Positions 31,838 to 42,111 are shown, counted from the stretch's first letter. The stretch is DNA of 64,000 bases from Thermoanaerobaculia bacterium (GCA_963666565.1 OY762911.1:352001-416000), one strand, 5' to 3'. The notes: generated by a model from the letters alone, not told the origin. Translations and numbers: made by a program.

Positions 31838-32863
31838 ATGAGCGACTCCAACCAGATGTCCTTCGGTGTGGTGCTCCAGCCGGACCCGCCGATCTCCCGC
31901 GTCGTCGAACTCGCAACGATCGCCGAGGCACGCAGCTTCGACCACTGCTGGCTGTTCGACTCCCACGTCCTGTGGCCCGAGCCGTTCGTCATCTTCTCGC
32001 AGATCCTGGCGAGGACGGAGCGGATGGCGGTCGGCCCGATGGTGACGAACCCCGGCACGCGCGACACGACGGTGCTGGCGTCGCTGTTCGCGACGCTCGA
32101 CTCGATGTACCCCGGCCGGACGAAGTGCGCGATGGGCCGGGGCGACTCGGCGCTGCGTTACATCGGGCGCAAGCCGGAGTCGCTGGCGGCCTCGGTGGCG
32201 GCGATGGACCTCATCCGCAACCTGTTCGCGGGCCGGGAGGCGGATTGCCACGGAACAGCGGTGCGGATCCCCTGGCGCGAGGAGGGCGGCGCGGAACTGC
32301 CGGTGTGGTTCGCGGCCTACGGCCCGAAGGCGCTGGACACCGTGGGCCGCCACGCCGACGGCTTCGTCCTGCAACTGGCGGACCCGAAGATCCTCGAGTG
32401 GACGCTGGCGGCGGTGCGCGATGCCGCCGAAGACGAGGGCCGCGACCCGGACGCCATCTCGGTCTGCGTGGTCGCCCCGGCCTACGTCGGCGACGACCTG
32501 CCGCACCAGCGCGACCAATTGCGCTGGTTCGGCGGCATGGTCGGCAACCACATCCACGACCTGGTCATACGCTACGGCGAGGACGACTCGAAGGTGCCGC
32601 ACGTGCTGGCCGAGTACATCCGCCAGCGGCAGGGGTACGACTACTCCCACCACGGCCGCAGCGGCAACCCGGACACCGAGTTCGTGCCGGACGGCATCGT
32701 CGACCGGCTGTGCGTGCTCGGGCCGGCGGAGGCGCACATCGAGAAGCTGCGGGAGCTGAGGTCCCTGGGGGTCGATCACTTCGCCGTGTACCTGATGCAC
32801 GACGACAAGGAAGGGACGCTCGCGGCGTACGGGGAGACGGTGATTCCGGCGTTGCGGGGCTGA
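31838..32863 (+). CDS. LLM-class F420-dependent oxidoreductase (TIGR03842-like)
   Basis: FGVVLQPDPP, FDSHVLW.EPF, MVTNPGTRD, GRGDSA, LQLADP, WFGGMVGNH, YDY.HHG..GNP, YLMHD. Confidence 0.85.
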   Translation: MSDSNQMSFGVVLQPDPPISRVVELATIAEARSFDHCWLFDSHVLWPEPFVIFSQILARTERMAVGPMVTNPGTRDTTVLASLFATLDSMYPGRTKCAMGRGDSALRYIGRKPESLAASVAAMDLIRNLFAGREADCHGTAVRIPWREEGGAELPVWFAAYGPKALDTVGRHADGFVLQLADPKILEWTLAAVRDAAEDEGRDPDAISVCVVAPAYVGDDLPHQRDQLRWFGGMVGNHIHDLVIRYGEDDSKVPHVLAEYIRQRQGYDYSHHGRSGNPDTEFVPDGIVDRLCVLGPAEAHIEKLRELRSLGVDHFAVYLMHDDKEGTLAAYGETVIPALRG

Positions 32864-32883
32864 TCCCGCTGGGTGCGCGGATC

Positions 32884-33041
32884 GGTGCGGCGGGTGTCGG
32901 TGCGCGGGTCTTCTGACCCGCCCGCGGGCGAGCCGCGGAGCGGCGCAGCCCGGACAACAGGGCCGCCGGCCGGCGACGATTCTCTCGGCCGGCTACGCCG
33001 GCAGCGGGTCGGAAGACCCGCGCACCGACACCCGCCGCACC
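32884..33041. repeat. REPIN-like doublet: two extended REP copies in inverted orientation
   Basis: 32884-32921 and 33004-33041 are 38-bp inverted repeats with one mismatch, between convergent LLM and polA genes. Confidence 0.85.
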
Positions 33042-33048
33042 CAGCCTT

Positions 33049-35775
33049 CTATGCCTTCGCTTCGTACCAGTCGGTGCCGGAGTCGATGTCGACGACCAGG
33101 GGAACGCTGAGGTCTGCGACTCCCTCCATTTCTTCGCGCACCAGGGACATCAGCGCCTCGATGTCCGCGGCGGGCGCTTCAAGCACGAGTTCGTCGTGGA
33201 CGGTCAGGAGCAGCCGCGCCGCCCCGAGTTCCGCCCGCAGCCGCCAGTCGACGGCGATCATCGCCAGCTTGAGCAGGTCGGCGGCGGTGCCCTGGATGCG
33301 GGCGTTGACGGCCATCCGGCGGGCGTTCTCGCGCACCGCCCGGTTGCGGCTCTTGAGGTCGGGGATGTAGCGAACGCGGCCGTACAGCGTCTCGACCTGG
33401 AGCGTCTCCTCCGCGCTGGACAGGGTCCGCTCGGTGTAATCGCGCACCCCGGGGAAGCGCTCGAAGTAGGCGTCGATGAACGCCTGCGCCTCGCCGCGGG
33501 CGATGCCCAGCGCGCGGGCCAGACCGAAAGCGCTCATGCCGTAGATGATCCCGAAGTTGATCGTCTTGGACGCCCGCCGCTGCTCGTCGGTGACCAGGGC
33601 GGGCGCCACGCCGAACACGGTCGCCGCGGTCGAGCGGTGGATGTCGCCGCCGTGCCGGAAGATGTCGATGAGCGCCTCGTCCTCCGAGATGTGGGCGAGC
33701 ACGCGGAGCTCGATCTGGCTGTAGTCGGCGACCAGCAGCCGGTAGCCGTCGCGGGCGCGGAAGGCGCGGCGGATCCGCCGCCCGACCTCGGTGCGGATCG
33801 GGATGTTCTGCAGGTTCGGGTCGTGCGAGGACAGGCGGCCGGTGGCCGCCACCGCCTGGTGGTAACGGGTGTGCAGGCGGCCGTCGGCGGCCACCAGGCC
33901 CGGCAGCGCATCCACGTAGGTCGACCTGAGCTTCGTCAGCTCCCGGTACTGGAGCACCTTGGCCGGCGCGTCGTGACCCTGCCGGGCGAGATGTTCCAGC
34001 ACGTCGGCGCCGGTCTTGTACTTCTTCGTCTTGCGCGTTCGGCCGGGCGCGGGCAGGCCCATGTGCTCGAACAGGACGACGCCCAACTGCTGCGGCGACA
34101 GGATGTTGAACTCCTCGCCGGCAAGCTGGAAGATCTCCTCAGCGAGGGCGCCGGCGTCCCGCTGCAGCCGCCGCGACATCTCGGCGAGCACGCCGGCGTC
34201 GAGTTCGATGCCCTCTTCCTCCATCGCCGCCAGCACCGGCAGCAGCGGCGCCTCGATCTGGCCGTAGACCTTGCGCGCCCCCGGCGACTCGCTCCACTGG
34301 TCGGCGAGCGCCTCGAAGATCAGCGCCGGCAGCACCGCCTGCTCGGCGGCGTAGAGCCGCAGCCCGGCGTCGTCGCCCAGAGCCGCCGCCTGGCCGCCGG
34401 GTTCGCCCAGCCCGGCGTCCGCCGGCGTCGTCGCCTGGTAGAACAACCGGTCGAGCGCGACGGTCGCCAGCCCGAAGCTGCGCACGGCGGAGTGGACCAG
34501 GTAGGCCATCAGCATCGTGTCCACCAGGCGAGCGGCGACCTCCGGCCGGCCCTCGCGGTGCGGGCAGAGCCGGACGACTTCCTTGAGGTCGTGGCCGACC
34601 AGCTCCACGCCCGGGTCGGCAAGCCAGGCCCGCAGCGTCGCCGCCGCCGCCTCGCGCATGCCCGGCGTCCGGAAGTCAGCGAAGCGCGCCTGGCCGATTT
34701 TCGCTTCGCCAGCCGCCGTCTCGTCGCCGGATGCGCCCCCCGAGTCGCGGTCCGCGGCAGCCGCCGCGCCGTCGAGCGGCGCGAACGACAGCCCCACCGG
34801 TTCGCCGCCGCGCCGGAAGACGACGCCGACGGCGATCCGGGATCCCATCTCGTTGGCCGCCGCCTCGAACGCCTCGACGGACTCCAGGACGGCGGCGGGC
34901 TCGATCTCCGGGCCGCCGCTCTCGCTTTCGAGTTCCTTCAGCAGGCTCCAGAACTCGAACTCGCGGCACAGATCGGCCAGCGCCTCGTAGTCCGGGGATT
35001 CCATCTTCAGCGCCTCGGGCTCGAACGGGACGTCGAGGTCCGTGTGGATCGTGACCAGGTCCCTGGACAGCAGCGCCTGGTCGGCGTGATCCCGCAGCCC
35101 CTCGCGATAGGCCTTGCGCTTGAGTTCGGGCGCGGCGTCCAGCAGCGCCTGGAGGTTGCCGTACTCCCTGACCAGGGTCTGCGCGCCCTTCTGGCCGATT
35201 CCGGGCACGCCCGGCACGTTGTCCACCTTGTCGCCGACCAGGGCGAGCACGTCGACCACCTGGCCCGGCGGCACGCCGAAGTCCTGCTCGACCAGCGCCG
35301 GGTCGTAGGTCTTCTCGCGCCCGGTGTGAAGCAGCGAGACGCGATCGCTCACCAACTGGAACAGGTCCTTGTCCGCGCTGACGATCGTCACCTCGTAGCT
35401 GGCCTCCTCGGCCTTCCGCCCCAGCGTGCCGATGACGTCGTCCGCCTCGTAGCGTTCCAGTTCGAGGATCGGGATGCGGAAGGCCTCGATCGCGCGGCGG
35501 ATCGCCGGCATCTGCGCCCGCAGATCCTCCGGCATCGGCGCCCGGTTCGCCTTGTACTCGGCGTACGCCTCGGTGCGCACCGTGGCCCGGCCGACGTCGA
35601 GGGCGATGCCGAGCAGCGGCGGCTCCTCCTCGCGCAGCAGCTTGCGCAGCATGTTGATGAAGCCGTAGATCGCGTTCGTCGGCTCTCCCGTCGACGTCGA
35701 GAGGCCGCGGATCGCGTAGAAGGCGCGGAAGATCGTCGAGTAGCCGTCGATCAGGTAGAGGCGCTTCGCGGTCAC
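33049..35775 (-). CDS. polA: DNA polymerase I
   Basis: LYLIDG...RAFYA, YEADDVI, SADKD, GDKVDNVPGVPGIG, TGRLSSHDPNLQNIP, ADYSQIELR, KTINFGIIYG, TVHDEL. Confidence 0.97.
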   Translation of the reverse strand: MTAKRLYLIDGYSTIFRAFYAIRGLSTSTGEPTNAIYGFINMLRKLLREEEPPLLGIALDVGRATVRTEAYAEYKANRAPMPEDLRAQMPAIRRAIEAFRIPILELERYEADDVIGTLGRKAEEASYEVTIVSADKDLFQLVSDRVSLLHTGREKTYDPALVEQDFGVPPGQVVDVLALVGDKVDNVPGVPGIGQKGAQTLVREYGNLQALLDAAPELKRKAYREGLRDHADQALLSRDLVTIHTDLDVPFEPEALKMESPDYEALADLCREFEFWSLLKELESESGGPEIEPAAVLESVEAFEAAANEMGSRIAVGVVFRRGGEPVGLSFAPLDGAAAAADRDSGGASGDETAAGEAKIGQARFADFRTPGMREAAAATLRAWLADPGVELVGHDLKEVVRLCPHREGRPEVAARLVDTMLMAYLVHSAVRSFGLATVALDRLFYQATTPADAGLGEPGGQAAALGDDAGLRLYAAEQAVLPALIFEALADQWSESPGARKVYGQIEAPLLPVLAAMEEEGIELDAGVLAEMSRRLQRDAGALAEEIFQLAGEEFNILSPQQLGVVLFEHMGLPAPGRTRKTKKYKTGADVLEHLARQGHDAPAKVLQYRELTKLRSTYVDALPGLVAADGRLHTRYHQAVAATGRLSSHDPNLQNIPIRTEVGRRIRRAFRARDGYRLLVADYSQIELRVLAHISEDEALIDIFRHGGDIHRSTAATVFGVAPALVTDEQRRASKTINFGIIYGMSAFGLARALGIARGEAQAFIDAYFERFPGVRDYTERTLSSAEETLQVETLYGRVRYIPDLKSRNRAVRENARRMAVNARIQGTAADLLKLAMIAVDWRLRAELGAARLLLTVHDELVLEAPAADIEALMSLVREEMEGVADLSVPLVVDIDSGTDWYEAKA

Positions 35776-35785
35776 GGCGGCGACT

Positions 35786-35795
35786 ACTCTAGAGT
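35786..35795. promoter_or_regulatory. Palindromic bidirectional -10 element ACTCTAGAGT
   Basis: Reads TAGAGT on both strands inside a 33-bp gap between divergent start codons. Confidence 0.55.
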
Positions 35796-35808
35796 GTCGA
35801 GTCGAGTC

Positions 35809-38800
35809 ATGCCTCGAAACCTCCCCGCCCTTCTTCTTCTCGCCGCGTTCGCCCCGGCTGCGGCGCTCGCGCAGCCGACCGAGGAGCAGGTGCGGCTCCA
35901 CGGCATCGGCTACGCGCAGCTTGAGAACGAACGGGAAGTCGAAGCCGAGGGCACGTACCGGGAACTCGTCGACCTCATGCCCGACGAGCCGCTCGGTCAC
36001 GCCAACCTGGCCGTCGCGCTGCTGCGGCAGGACCGGAAGGACGAGGCGCTCGCCGCCATCGAACGCGCTCTGGAACTGGGCGGCGCCCGTGCCGATCTGC
36101 TGCTGATCCGCGCCGACATCCTGCAGTGGACGAGCCGCAACGAGGAGGCGTTGGCGGACTACCGCCGGGCCGCCCGCGCCGCGCCCGACGATCCCGAAAC
36201 GCAGTACGCCCTGTTCCGGCACACCGAGATCATGAGCGGACCGGAGGCCGAAGCCGACCGGCGGACCGCGGTCGACCGGCTGCGGCGCCTGCGGCCCGAC
36301 AACCTCGTCGTCCTGCTGCTGAGCGGAGAGGCCGCCCTCGCGGACGGCGACCGCGGCAGCGCGAGCGACGACTACCTCCGCGTGCGGGAGCTGATCTGGC
36401 AGGCCCAGCCGGTCGCCGAACGGGTGGTCGAGGAGGTCCTCGACGCACTGGAAGCGGACGACCCGGATCGCGCCCGCAGCCCCGCCCGCAGAGTCACGAA
36501 CGTCATGAAGGGGACCTCCGCCTGGACCAGCAGCCTGGCCGAGGTCTATACGAACATCCAGGGCATTCCCGTCGAGCGCTTCGAGGACGAGTCGCCGATC
36601 GAGGACTTCGGGCTGGCGCTGCCGGTCCGTTTCCGGGCTACCCGCATCGACAACGCGCCCGCCGCGGGGCGAGCGCTCGAGGTAGCGGACTTCGACGGCG
36701 ACGGCCGGCCCGACATTGCATGGGGGGTCGCCGGGGAGGGCGCGGAGCCTCCAGTTGCGCGGGTCGCAGCCGGCCAGCGGGAAGACGCGCCGGACCCGAA
36801 CGAGGACGCGGACCCGTCATCGGGCGCGCGGCTCGAGTTGCGGCGCGCCTCCACCGGCCTCGCCGCGCCGGGCGACGCCCCGGAAACGAACGCCCGGCTG
36901 CTGGTCGCCGGCGACGCCGACAACGACCGGCGCCTCGACCTGGTCGCCGTCGGCGATCCCCTCGCCGTCTGGCAGATCGATGCCGCCGCCGAAATCCCCC
37001 GGTTCGCCGACGCGAGCGACCGCTTCCTGACGCAGCCGTTCGCCGCCTCCGCGGCCGACCTGATCGACTTCGACAGCGACGGCGATCTCGATCTCGCGGT
37101 GGTGCGGACCGGCGGCGGGCCCGATCTGCTGCGGAACGTCTCCGGCGAGGGGGTGTTCGAGGGTCCGCTCGAGGCCATGGGCCGGGAGTCGCTGCCCGAG
37201 CTCGAAGCGCGGCCCTACCATCACCTCCAGGCCACCGACGCCGACCGCGACGGCGACACGGACCTGCTGCTGGCCCACGACGCCGGCGTCCTGTGGCTGG
37301 ACAACCTGCGCCAGGGACGGTTCGGCGAGAGAACGCCTCCCGCGTCCGGCGGCAACCTCCTGGGCCGGCTCGTGGGACGGCTGCTCGGAGACGACGCCGA
37401 GTCCGCGCTCGCGACCGGGACCCCGGTGCGCGTGGTCCGCACCGCCGACCTCGACCGCGACGGGATGCCCGAGTTCGTAATGGCCGGCGACTCCACGGTC
37501 GTGCTGAGGGCCGACGAGGACGGTGCGCTCGCCCCCTTCCCGCTGACGCCGGAGTCGGTCGGCCTTCCCGCCGGCGCGACCGACCTGGCCCTGCTCGACG
37601 CGGACAACGACGGCCGGCGGGACCTCGCCTTCGTCGCCGGCGGCGAGATCCGGGTGCTGACCCAGACCTCGGAGTCGGGGCCCGAGGCGCTCGAGTTCCG
37701 GCTCGCCCGGCTCAGCGGCCTGCCGCGGGACGCCGGCTTCACCGCGGTGCGGGCCGACGATCTCGACGACGACGGAGACCAGGACCTGGTGGCGGCGGGC
37801 GCCTCCGGCCTCTACCGGATCGAGAACCTGGACGGTTCCGAGAACAACTGGCTGCGGGTGCGCCTGGTCGGCCTCGACATCGGCAACCAGAAGAACAACG
37901 TCTTCGGCCGCGGCACGACGATCGAGGTCAAGTCGGAGCGCGCGTACCAGTACATCGAGGTCGACCGGCCGGTGACCCACATCGGGCTCGGCAACCGGCG
38001 GCGGCCCGATCTGGTCCGCGTCGTTTGGGCCAACGGCGTTCCGCAGAACCGGCTCAATCCGGGCCGGAACCAGACGATCGTCGAGGAGCAGGTGCTCAAG
38101 GGAAGCTGCCCCTTCCTCTACGCCTGGGACGGCGAGAAGATCGCGTTCGTCACCGACCTGCTGTGGGGCGCTCCGCTCGGCATGCCGCTGGCCGACGGGG
38201 TCTGGAACGGCTACGACCCGGACGAACTGGTGCGGGTCGACGGCGCCCGGACCCGCGACGGCTTCTACGACCTGCGGATCACCGAGGAGCTGTGGGAAGC
38301 CGCCTACATCGACCGGGTGCGGCTGTGGGTGGTCGACCACCCGCGGGACGTGGAAGTGGCGAGCAACCTGCGGATCGTCCCGGGCCGGGGACACGTCGGC
38401 CGTCCGCCCGACGACGTCGTCTCCAGTGCCGCCGTCCGCCCCGTCGTCCACGCCGCAGACGGCCGCGGCCGCGACGTGACGGAGCGGGTCCGCGCCCGCG
38501 ACGAGGTCTACGCAGACGGCTACGAGCGCTCGCGCTTCCAGGGCCACGCCGCCGAGCCCTGGACCTTCACCTTCGATCTCGGCGAGGCGCCCGAAGCGCC
38601 CGTCAGGCTCTGGCTCGACGGCTGGGTGTTCCCGGCCGACGCCAGCCTGAATCTCGCCATCGCCCAGGCGGTGGAGCACGGCGGCCTGGAAATGGTCATG
38701 ACGCGGCTCGAGGTCGAGACGGCCGACGGCTGGCGGACGCTGCTCGACCCGATGGGCTTCCCGCCCGGCAAGACGAAGATGATGGTCGTCGACACGCCGC

Positions 38801-39516
38801 CGCTGCCCGCGGGCGCCCGGAGGCTGCGGATCGTGACGACCCGCTGGCTGCACTGGGACCGGGTCGCCTGGAGCACGGACCTGGGCGGCGCGGACGGAAC
38901 GGGCAGCGCGAGCGGCGCGAGCGGCGAAGGCCGCGTGGCTAGCACAGGCGGAGCGGGTAGCACGGCCGGCACGAGCGACAGGAGCGCCGCCGACGCGGGC
39001 GCCGTCGTGCAGGCGCGGCTGGACGCGGCGAGCGCGGACCTCTCGTACCGCGGATTCTCGGCGCCGACCCGGCCGGCCCCGAACGGTCCGCACCTGTTCG
39101 ACTACCAGCGCACCGGCACGGAATCTCCCTGGCTGCCCTTCCCCGGCCGCTACACCCGCTTCGGCGACGTTCGCGAACTGCTGACCGACATCGACGACCG
39201 CCAGGTCGTGATCGGCCCGGGCGACGAGATCCGCGTCCTGTTCGACGCCCGCGAGCTGCCGCCGCCCGCGCCCGGTCACGTCCGCACCGTGTTTCTGGAG
39301 AGCTTCGGCTGGGACAAGGACGCCGACCGCAACACCTGGGAGGCCGACAGCAACCTGCCGCTGCCATTCCAGGCGATGTCCGGCTACCCGTTCGCGCCCG
39401 GCGAGACGTATCCGCGGACGCCGAAACTCGACGCCTACCGCGCCGAGTGGCTGACCCGCGTCGTCGGCCCCGCGACGCCGTTCAGCCCCGCCGCACTGGG
39501 TGCGCGGGTCTTCTGA
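35809..39516 (+). CDS. Secreted TPR + FG-GAP/VCBS repeat + ASPIC/UnbV (CRTAC1-like) protein
   Basis: Signal peptide MPRNLPALLLLAAFAPAAALA; TPR-like helices; repeated DxDxDGxxD motifs; HIGLG...VRVVWANGV; KGSCPFLYAWDG domain; ATG 35809 in frame with ORF 33196-39516. Confidence 0.85.
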   Translation: MPRNLPALLLLAAFAPAAALAQPTEEQVRLHGIGYAQLENEREVEAEGTYRELVDLMPDEPLGHANLAVALLRQDRKDEALAAIERALELGGARADLLLIRADILQWTSRNEEALADYRRAARAAPDDPETQYALFRHTEIMSGPEAEADRRTAVDRLRRLRPDNLVVLLLSGEAALADGDRGSASDDYLRVRELIWQAQPVAERVVEEVLDALEADDPDRARSPARRVTNVMKGTSAWTSSLAEVYTNIQGIPVERFEDESPIEDFGLALPVRFRATRIDNAPAAGRALEVADFDGDGRPDIAWGVAGEGAEPPVARVAAGQREDAPDPNEDADPSSGARLELRRASTGLAAPGDAPETNARLLVAGDADNDRRLDLVAVGDPLAVWQIDAAAEIPRFADASDRFLTQPFAASAADLIDFDSDGDLDLAVVRTGGGPDLLRNVSGEGVFEGPLEAMGRESLPELEARPYHHLQATDADRDGDTDLLLAHDAGVLWLDNLRQGRFGERTPPASGGNLLGRLVGRLLGDDAESALATGTPVRVVRTADLDRDGMPEFVMAGDSTVVLRADEDGALAPFPLTPESVGLPAGATDLALLDADNDGRRDLAFVAGGEIRVLTQTSESGPEALEFRLARLSGLPRDAGFTAVRADDLDDDGDQDLVAAGASGLYRIENLDGSENNWLRVRLVGLDIGNQKNNVFGRGTTIEVKSERAYQYIEVDRPVTHIGLGNRRRPDLVRVVWANGVPQNRLNPGRNQTIVEEQVLKGSCPFLYAWDGEKIAFVTDLLWGAPLGMPLADGVWNGYDPDELVRVDGARTRDGFYDLRITEELWEAAYIDRVRLWVVDHPRDVEVASNLRIVPGRGHVGRPPDDVVSSAAVRPVVHAADGRGRDVTERVRARDEVYADGYERSRFQGHAAEPWTFTFDLGEAPEAPVRLWLDGWVFPADASLNLAIAQAVEHGGLEMVMTRLEVETADGWRTLLDPMGFPPGKTKMMVVDTPPLPAGARRLRIVTTRWLHWDRVAWSTDLGGADGTGSASGASGEGRVASTGGAGSTAGTSDRSAADAGAVVQARLDAASADLSYRGFSAPTRPAPNGPHLFDYQRTGTESPWLPFPGRYTRFGDVRELLTDIDDRQVVIGPGDEIRVLFDARELPPPAPGHVRTVFLESFGWDKDADRNTWEADSNLPLPFQAMSGYPFAPGETYPRTPKLDAYRAEWLTRVVGPATPFSPAALGARVF

Positions 39517-39603
39517 CCCGCTCCCGCCGCACTGGGTGCGCGGGTCTTCCGACCCGCTCCCGCCGCACTGGGTGCGCGGGTCTTCTGACCCGCTCCCGCC
39601 GCA
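39487..39603 (+). repeat. Tandem array of 3.25 x 36-bp REP-containing units
   Basis: CCCGCCGCACTGGGTGCGCGGGTCTTCYGACCCGCT at 39487, 39523 and 39559, no spacers. Confidence 0.9.
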
Positions 39604-39732
39604 GGCGGCCAGACGAAACGCGCCGCGAAGCGGCGACCGGTCTCGTCCGCGCCCAACCGACTCCGCTACGCTAGCCGCTGGCCGGCGACGCGATGCGCCG
39701 ACGCCAACCAGGAACACACCGGGAGAACAGAC

Positions 39733-41142
39733 GTGGCAAACGGCTCCAGCGGACGCGGCAGGTTCGGTCAACTCGGGTTCATCTTCGCCGCCGTCGGCTC
39801 GGCCATCGGCCTCGGCAACATCTGGAAGTTCCCGTACATCACGTACGCCAACGACGGCGGCTCCTTCGTCCTCGTCTACCTGCTCGCGATCGCCCTGATC
39901 GGCCTGCCGATCATGATGGCCGAGCTGGTCATCGGGCGGCGCACGCGGCAAAGCCCCGTCGGCGCGTTCCTGCGGGCCGCGAAGGACATCGCCGGCGGCC
40001 GCGCCTGGAGGGCGGTCGGCGCGCTCGGCGTCACCGGCAGCTTCATCCTGCTCTCGTACTACGCCCTGATCGCCGGCTGGACCGTCTACTACTTCGGCCA
40101 GTGCCTGAGCTGGTCCGTGCGAGGCTTCGACGTGGAGGGTCAGGCGCTGGGCGAGAGCTTCGGCGCGTTCCTCGCCAACGGGCCGCTCCAGATCGGTTTC
40201 CACGCGCTGTTCATGGCCGTCACGATCGGCGTCGTCGCGCTGGGGGTGCGCGAGGGCATCGAACGCGTCACCCGGCTCCTCATGCCGATACTCGGCGCGA
40301 TCCTGATCCTGCTCGTCGTCAACTCGTTCTGGAGCCCCGGCTTCGGCGAGGCGATGCGGTTCCTGTTCCACGTCGGGCCGATCACCGCCGACGGCCTGCT
40401 CGAGGCGGTCGGGCACGCCTTCTTCACCCTCTCCGTCGGCATGGGCGCGATGGTCACCTACGGCTCCTACATGAGTTCGCGGCAGTCGATCCCGAGGAGC
40501 GCCGTCACGATCAGTTTCCTCGACACGCTGATCGCGATCATGGCCTGCGTCGTGATGTTCTCCATCATCTTCAGCGTCGACGCCGCCGAGCGGGCGACCA
40601 CCTTCGGCAAGAGCGCCACGATCCTCTTCACGACGCTGCCGCGGATGTTCTACGAGATGCCGCTCGGCGTCGTCCTGGCGCCGATGTTCTACCTGCTCGT
40701 CGGCTTCGCGGCGCTGACGTCGACCATCTCCCTGCTCGAGACGGTGGCCTCCTACCTGATCGACCGCCGCGGCTTCAGCCGGCGGAGCGCCTGCCTCGTC
40801 ACCGGCGGCGCGATCTTCGCCTTCGGCATCCCCTCGGCGCTGTCGCTCGGCGCCAGCGGCGCGCTCTCGTCCTTCGCTCCGTACGGCGAGCGCACGGCTG
40901 GCTTCTTCGACACGATGGATTACACCGTCTCGAACTGGATCCTCCCGCTCGGCGGCCTGCTGATGGCCGTCTTCATCGGCTGGTTCCTGAGCAGCCGCGA
41001 GTCGCGCGCCGAACTCGGCGAGGGCCACGGCGACGTCAGCCGCTGGTTCTTCGTCTGGCGCGGCGTGCTGCTGCGGTTCGTGTGCCCGGTGGCGATCCTG
41101 TGGATCATCTGGGCCGTGATCGGAGGGCGGTCGTTCGCGTAG
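39733..41142 (+). CDS. Sodium-dependent transporter, NSS/SNF family
   Basis: GSAIGLGNIWKFPY, GGSFVLVYL, EGIER, AFFTLSVGMGAMVTYGSY, AALTSTISLLE; many TM helices. Confidence 0.93.
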   Translation: MANGSSGRGRFGQLGFIFAAVGSAIGLGNIWKFPYITYANDGGSFVLVYLLAIALIGLPIMMAELVIGRRTRQSPVGAFLRAAKDIAGGRAWRAVGALGVTGSFILLSYYALIAGWTVYYFGQCLSWSVRGFDVEGQALGESFGAFLANGPLQIGFHALFMAVTIGVVALGVREGIERVTRLLMPILGAILILLVVNSFWSPGFGEAMRFLFHVGPITADGLLEAVGHAFFTLSVGMGAMVTYGSYMSSRQSIPRSAVTISFLDTLIAIMACVVMFSIIFSVDAAERATTFGKSATILFTTLPRMFYEMPLGVVLAPMFYLLVGFAALTSTISLLETVASYLIDRRGFSRRSACLVTGGAIFAFGIPSALSLGASGALSSFAPYGERTAGFFDTMDYTVSNWILPLGGLLMAVFIGWFLSSRESRAELGEGHGDVSRWFFVWRGVLLRFVCPVAILWIIWAVIGGRSFA

Positions 41143-41169
41143 AAACCGCCGGCGCCAGCCCGCGGCCGG

Positions 41170-42111
41170 TCAACCTGCCGCTTCGCGGAAGCGCTCGAAC
41201 CGCCAGTCGAGAAACTCCCGGTCCGGACGATCCTCGGGCCGGACCGGGAGACGCAGCCGCGCACCGTCCAGTCCTTTCAGATTGTCGAGCAAGGGACCGT
41301 CGCGGCCATCGCGGACCGACCTCGCCACATGGATGCGGCAACTCGTATCCACGCCAATCAGGTTCGCGTCGAAGGCGGTGTGGTGGAGGGTCGACATGCA
41401 GATGCCGTTGGTCACGGTCGCCGGACCGTCGTCGGCGTCCGGCAGGATGTGCGCCCCCACCAGCAGGCGCGACAACGTCAGTCCGCTGAAGGCGCAGCGA
41501 TGGCCGTACGCCGACTTTGTCCGGCTGCTGAACCAGGCCTGGTGGTTGCGCTTCTTCGCGGCGACGAGCGAGTAGGACCGCTCCCGCAGCTCGTTGGAGG
41601 CGACGCCGGATTGCGCGGCCTCGATCGAGCTCATCGTCGGGTTGAGGGCGTCCGCGGCGGCCAGCAGAACGCGACCTGCATCGAACTCCAGATCCGCCAC
41701 CCAGACCGGCGCAAGGGGCTCGTAGACTGCCGGCGAATCGGCGACAAAGTAGATCAGGGGCGCGCCACGGTACCGGGCCTCATCGAGCGCCCGGTTCGTG
41801 GAATCGTCTCTGCCGCCGTGGGCGAGATCGTAGGCAAGCAGTCCCGTCCGATAGTCGGGCTCGCTCATCTGGTCCCGATACCAGATTCTCCGACCCGCCC
41901 GCGGCGCCACCGTCCGGATGCTGAGCGCCGCGCTCATCTGTCTCGGTTTGAAGATGCCGACGGCGCGGCCAGCGAAGTGGACCTTCTCGCCACCGAAGCG
42001 GAAGCCTTGGTCGATCACGCTCCAAGGCAACTTGGGGCCATGCGCGAAGCGGAGTCTGTCCAGTTCAGCAAACGCAGCCGCTCGAATCGCCGCGTCGGGA
42101 TCGGGGCGCAT
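41170..42111 (-). CDS. HNH endonuclease with N-terminal putative DNA-recognition domain (predicted restriction endonuclease)
   Basis: R.HQ..F...AYGHRCAFSG, LLVGAHI, NGICMSTLHHTAFD; N-terminal GIFKP..ALSIRT. Confidence 0.8.
   Translation of the reverse strand: MRPDPDAAIRAAAFAELDRLRFAHGPKLPWSVIDQGFRFGGEKVHFAGRAVGIFKPRQMSAALSIRTVAPRAGRRIWYRDQMSEPDYRTGLLAYDLAHGGRDDSTNRALDEARYRGAPLIYFVADSPAVYEPLAPVWVADLEFDAGRVLLAAADALNPTMSSIEAAQSGVASNELRERSYSLVAAKKRNHQAWFSSRTKSAYGHRCAFSGLTLSRLLVGAHILPDADDGPATVTNGICMSTLHHTAFDANLIGVDTSCRIHVARSVRDGRDGPLLDNLKGLDGARLRLPVRPEDRPDREFLDWRFERFREAAG

Noticed and set aside
33196-35808. 2106-aa giant ORF 33196-39516
   Set aside because: The first ~870 codons are the antisense shadow of polA; the real gene starts at ATG 35809 with a signal peptide
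39487-39603. 36-bp palindromic repeats as a CRISPR array
   Set aside because: Units are head-to-tail with no spacers, no cas genes are present, and the motif is dispersed elsewhere as a REP
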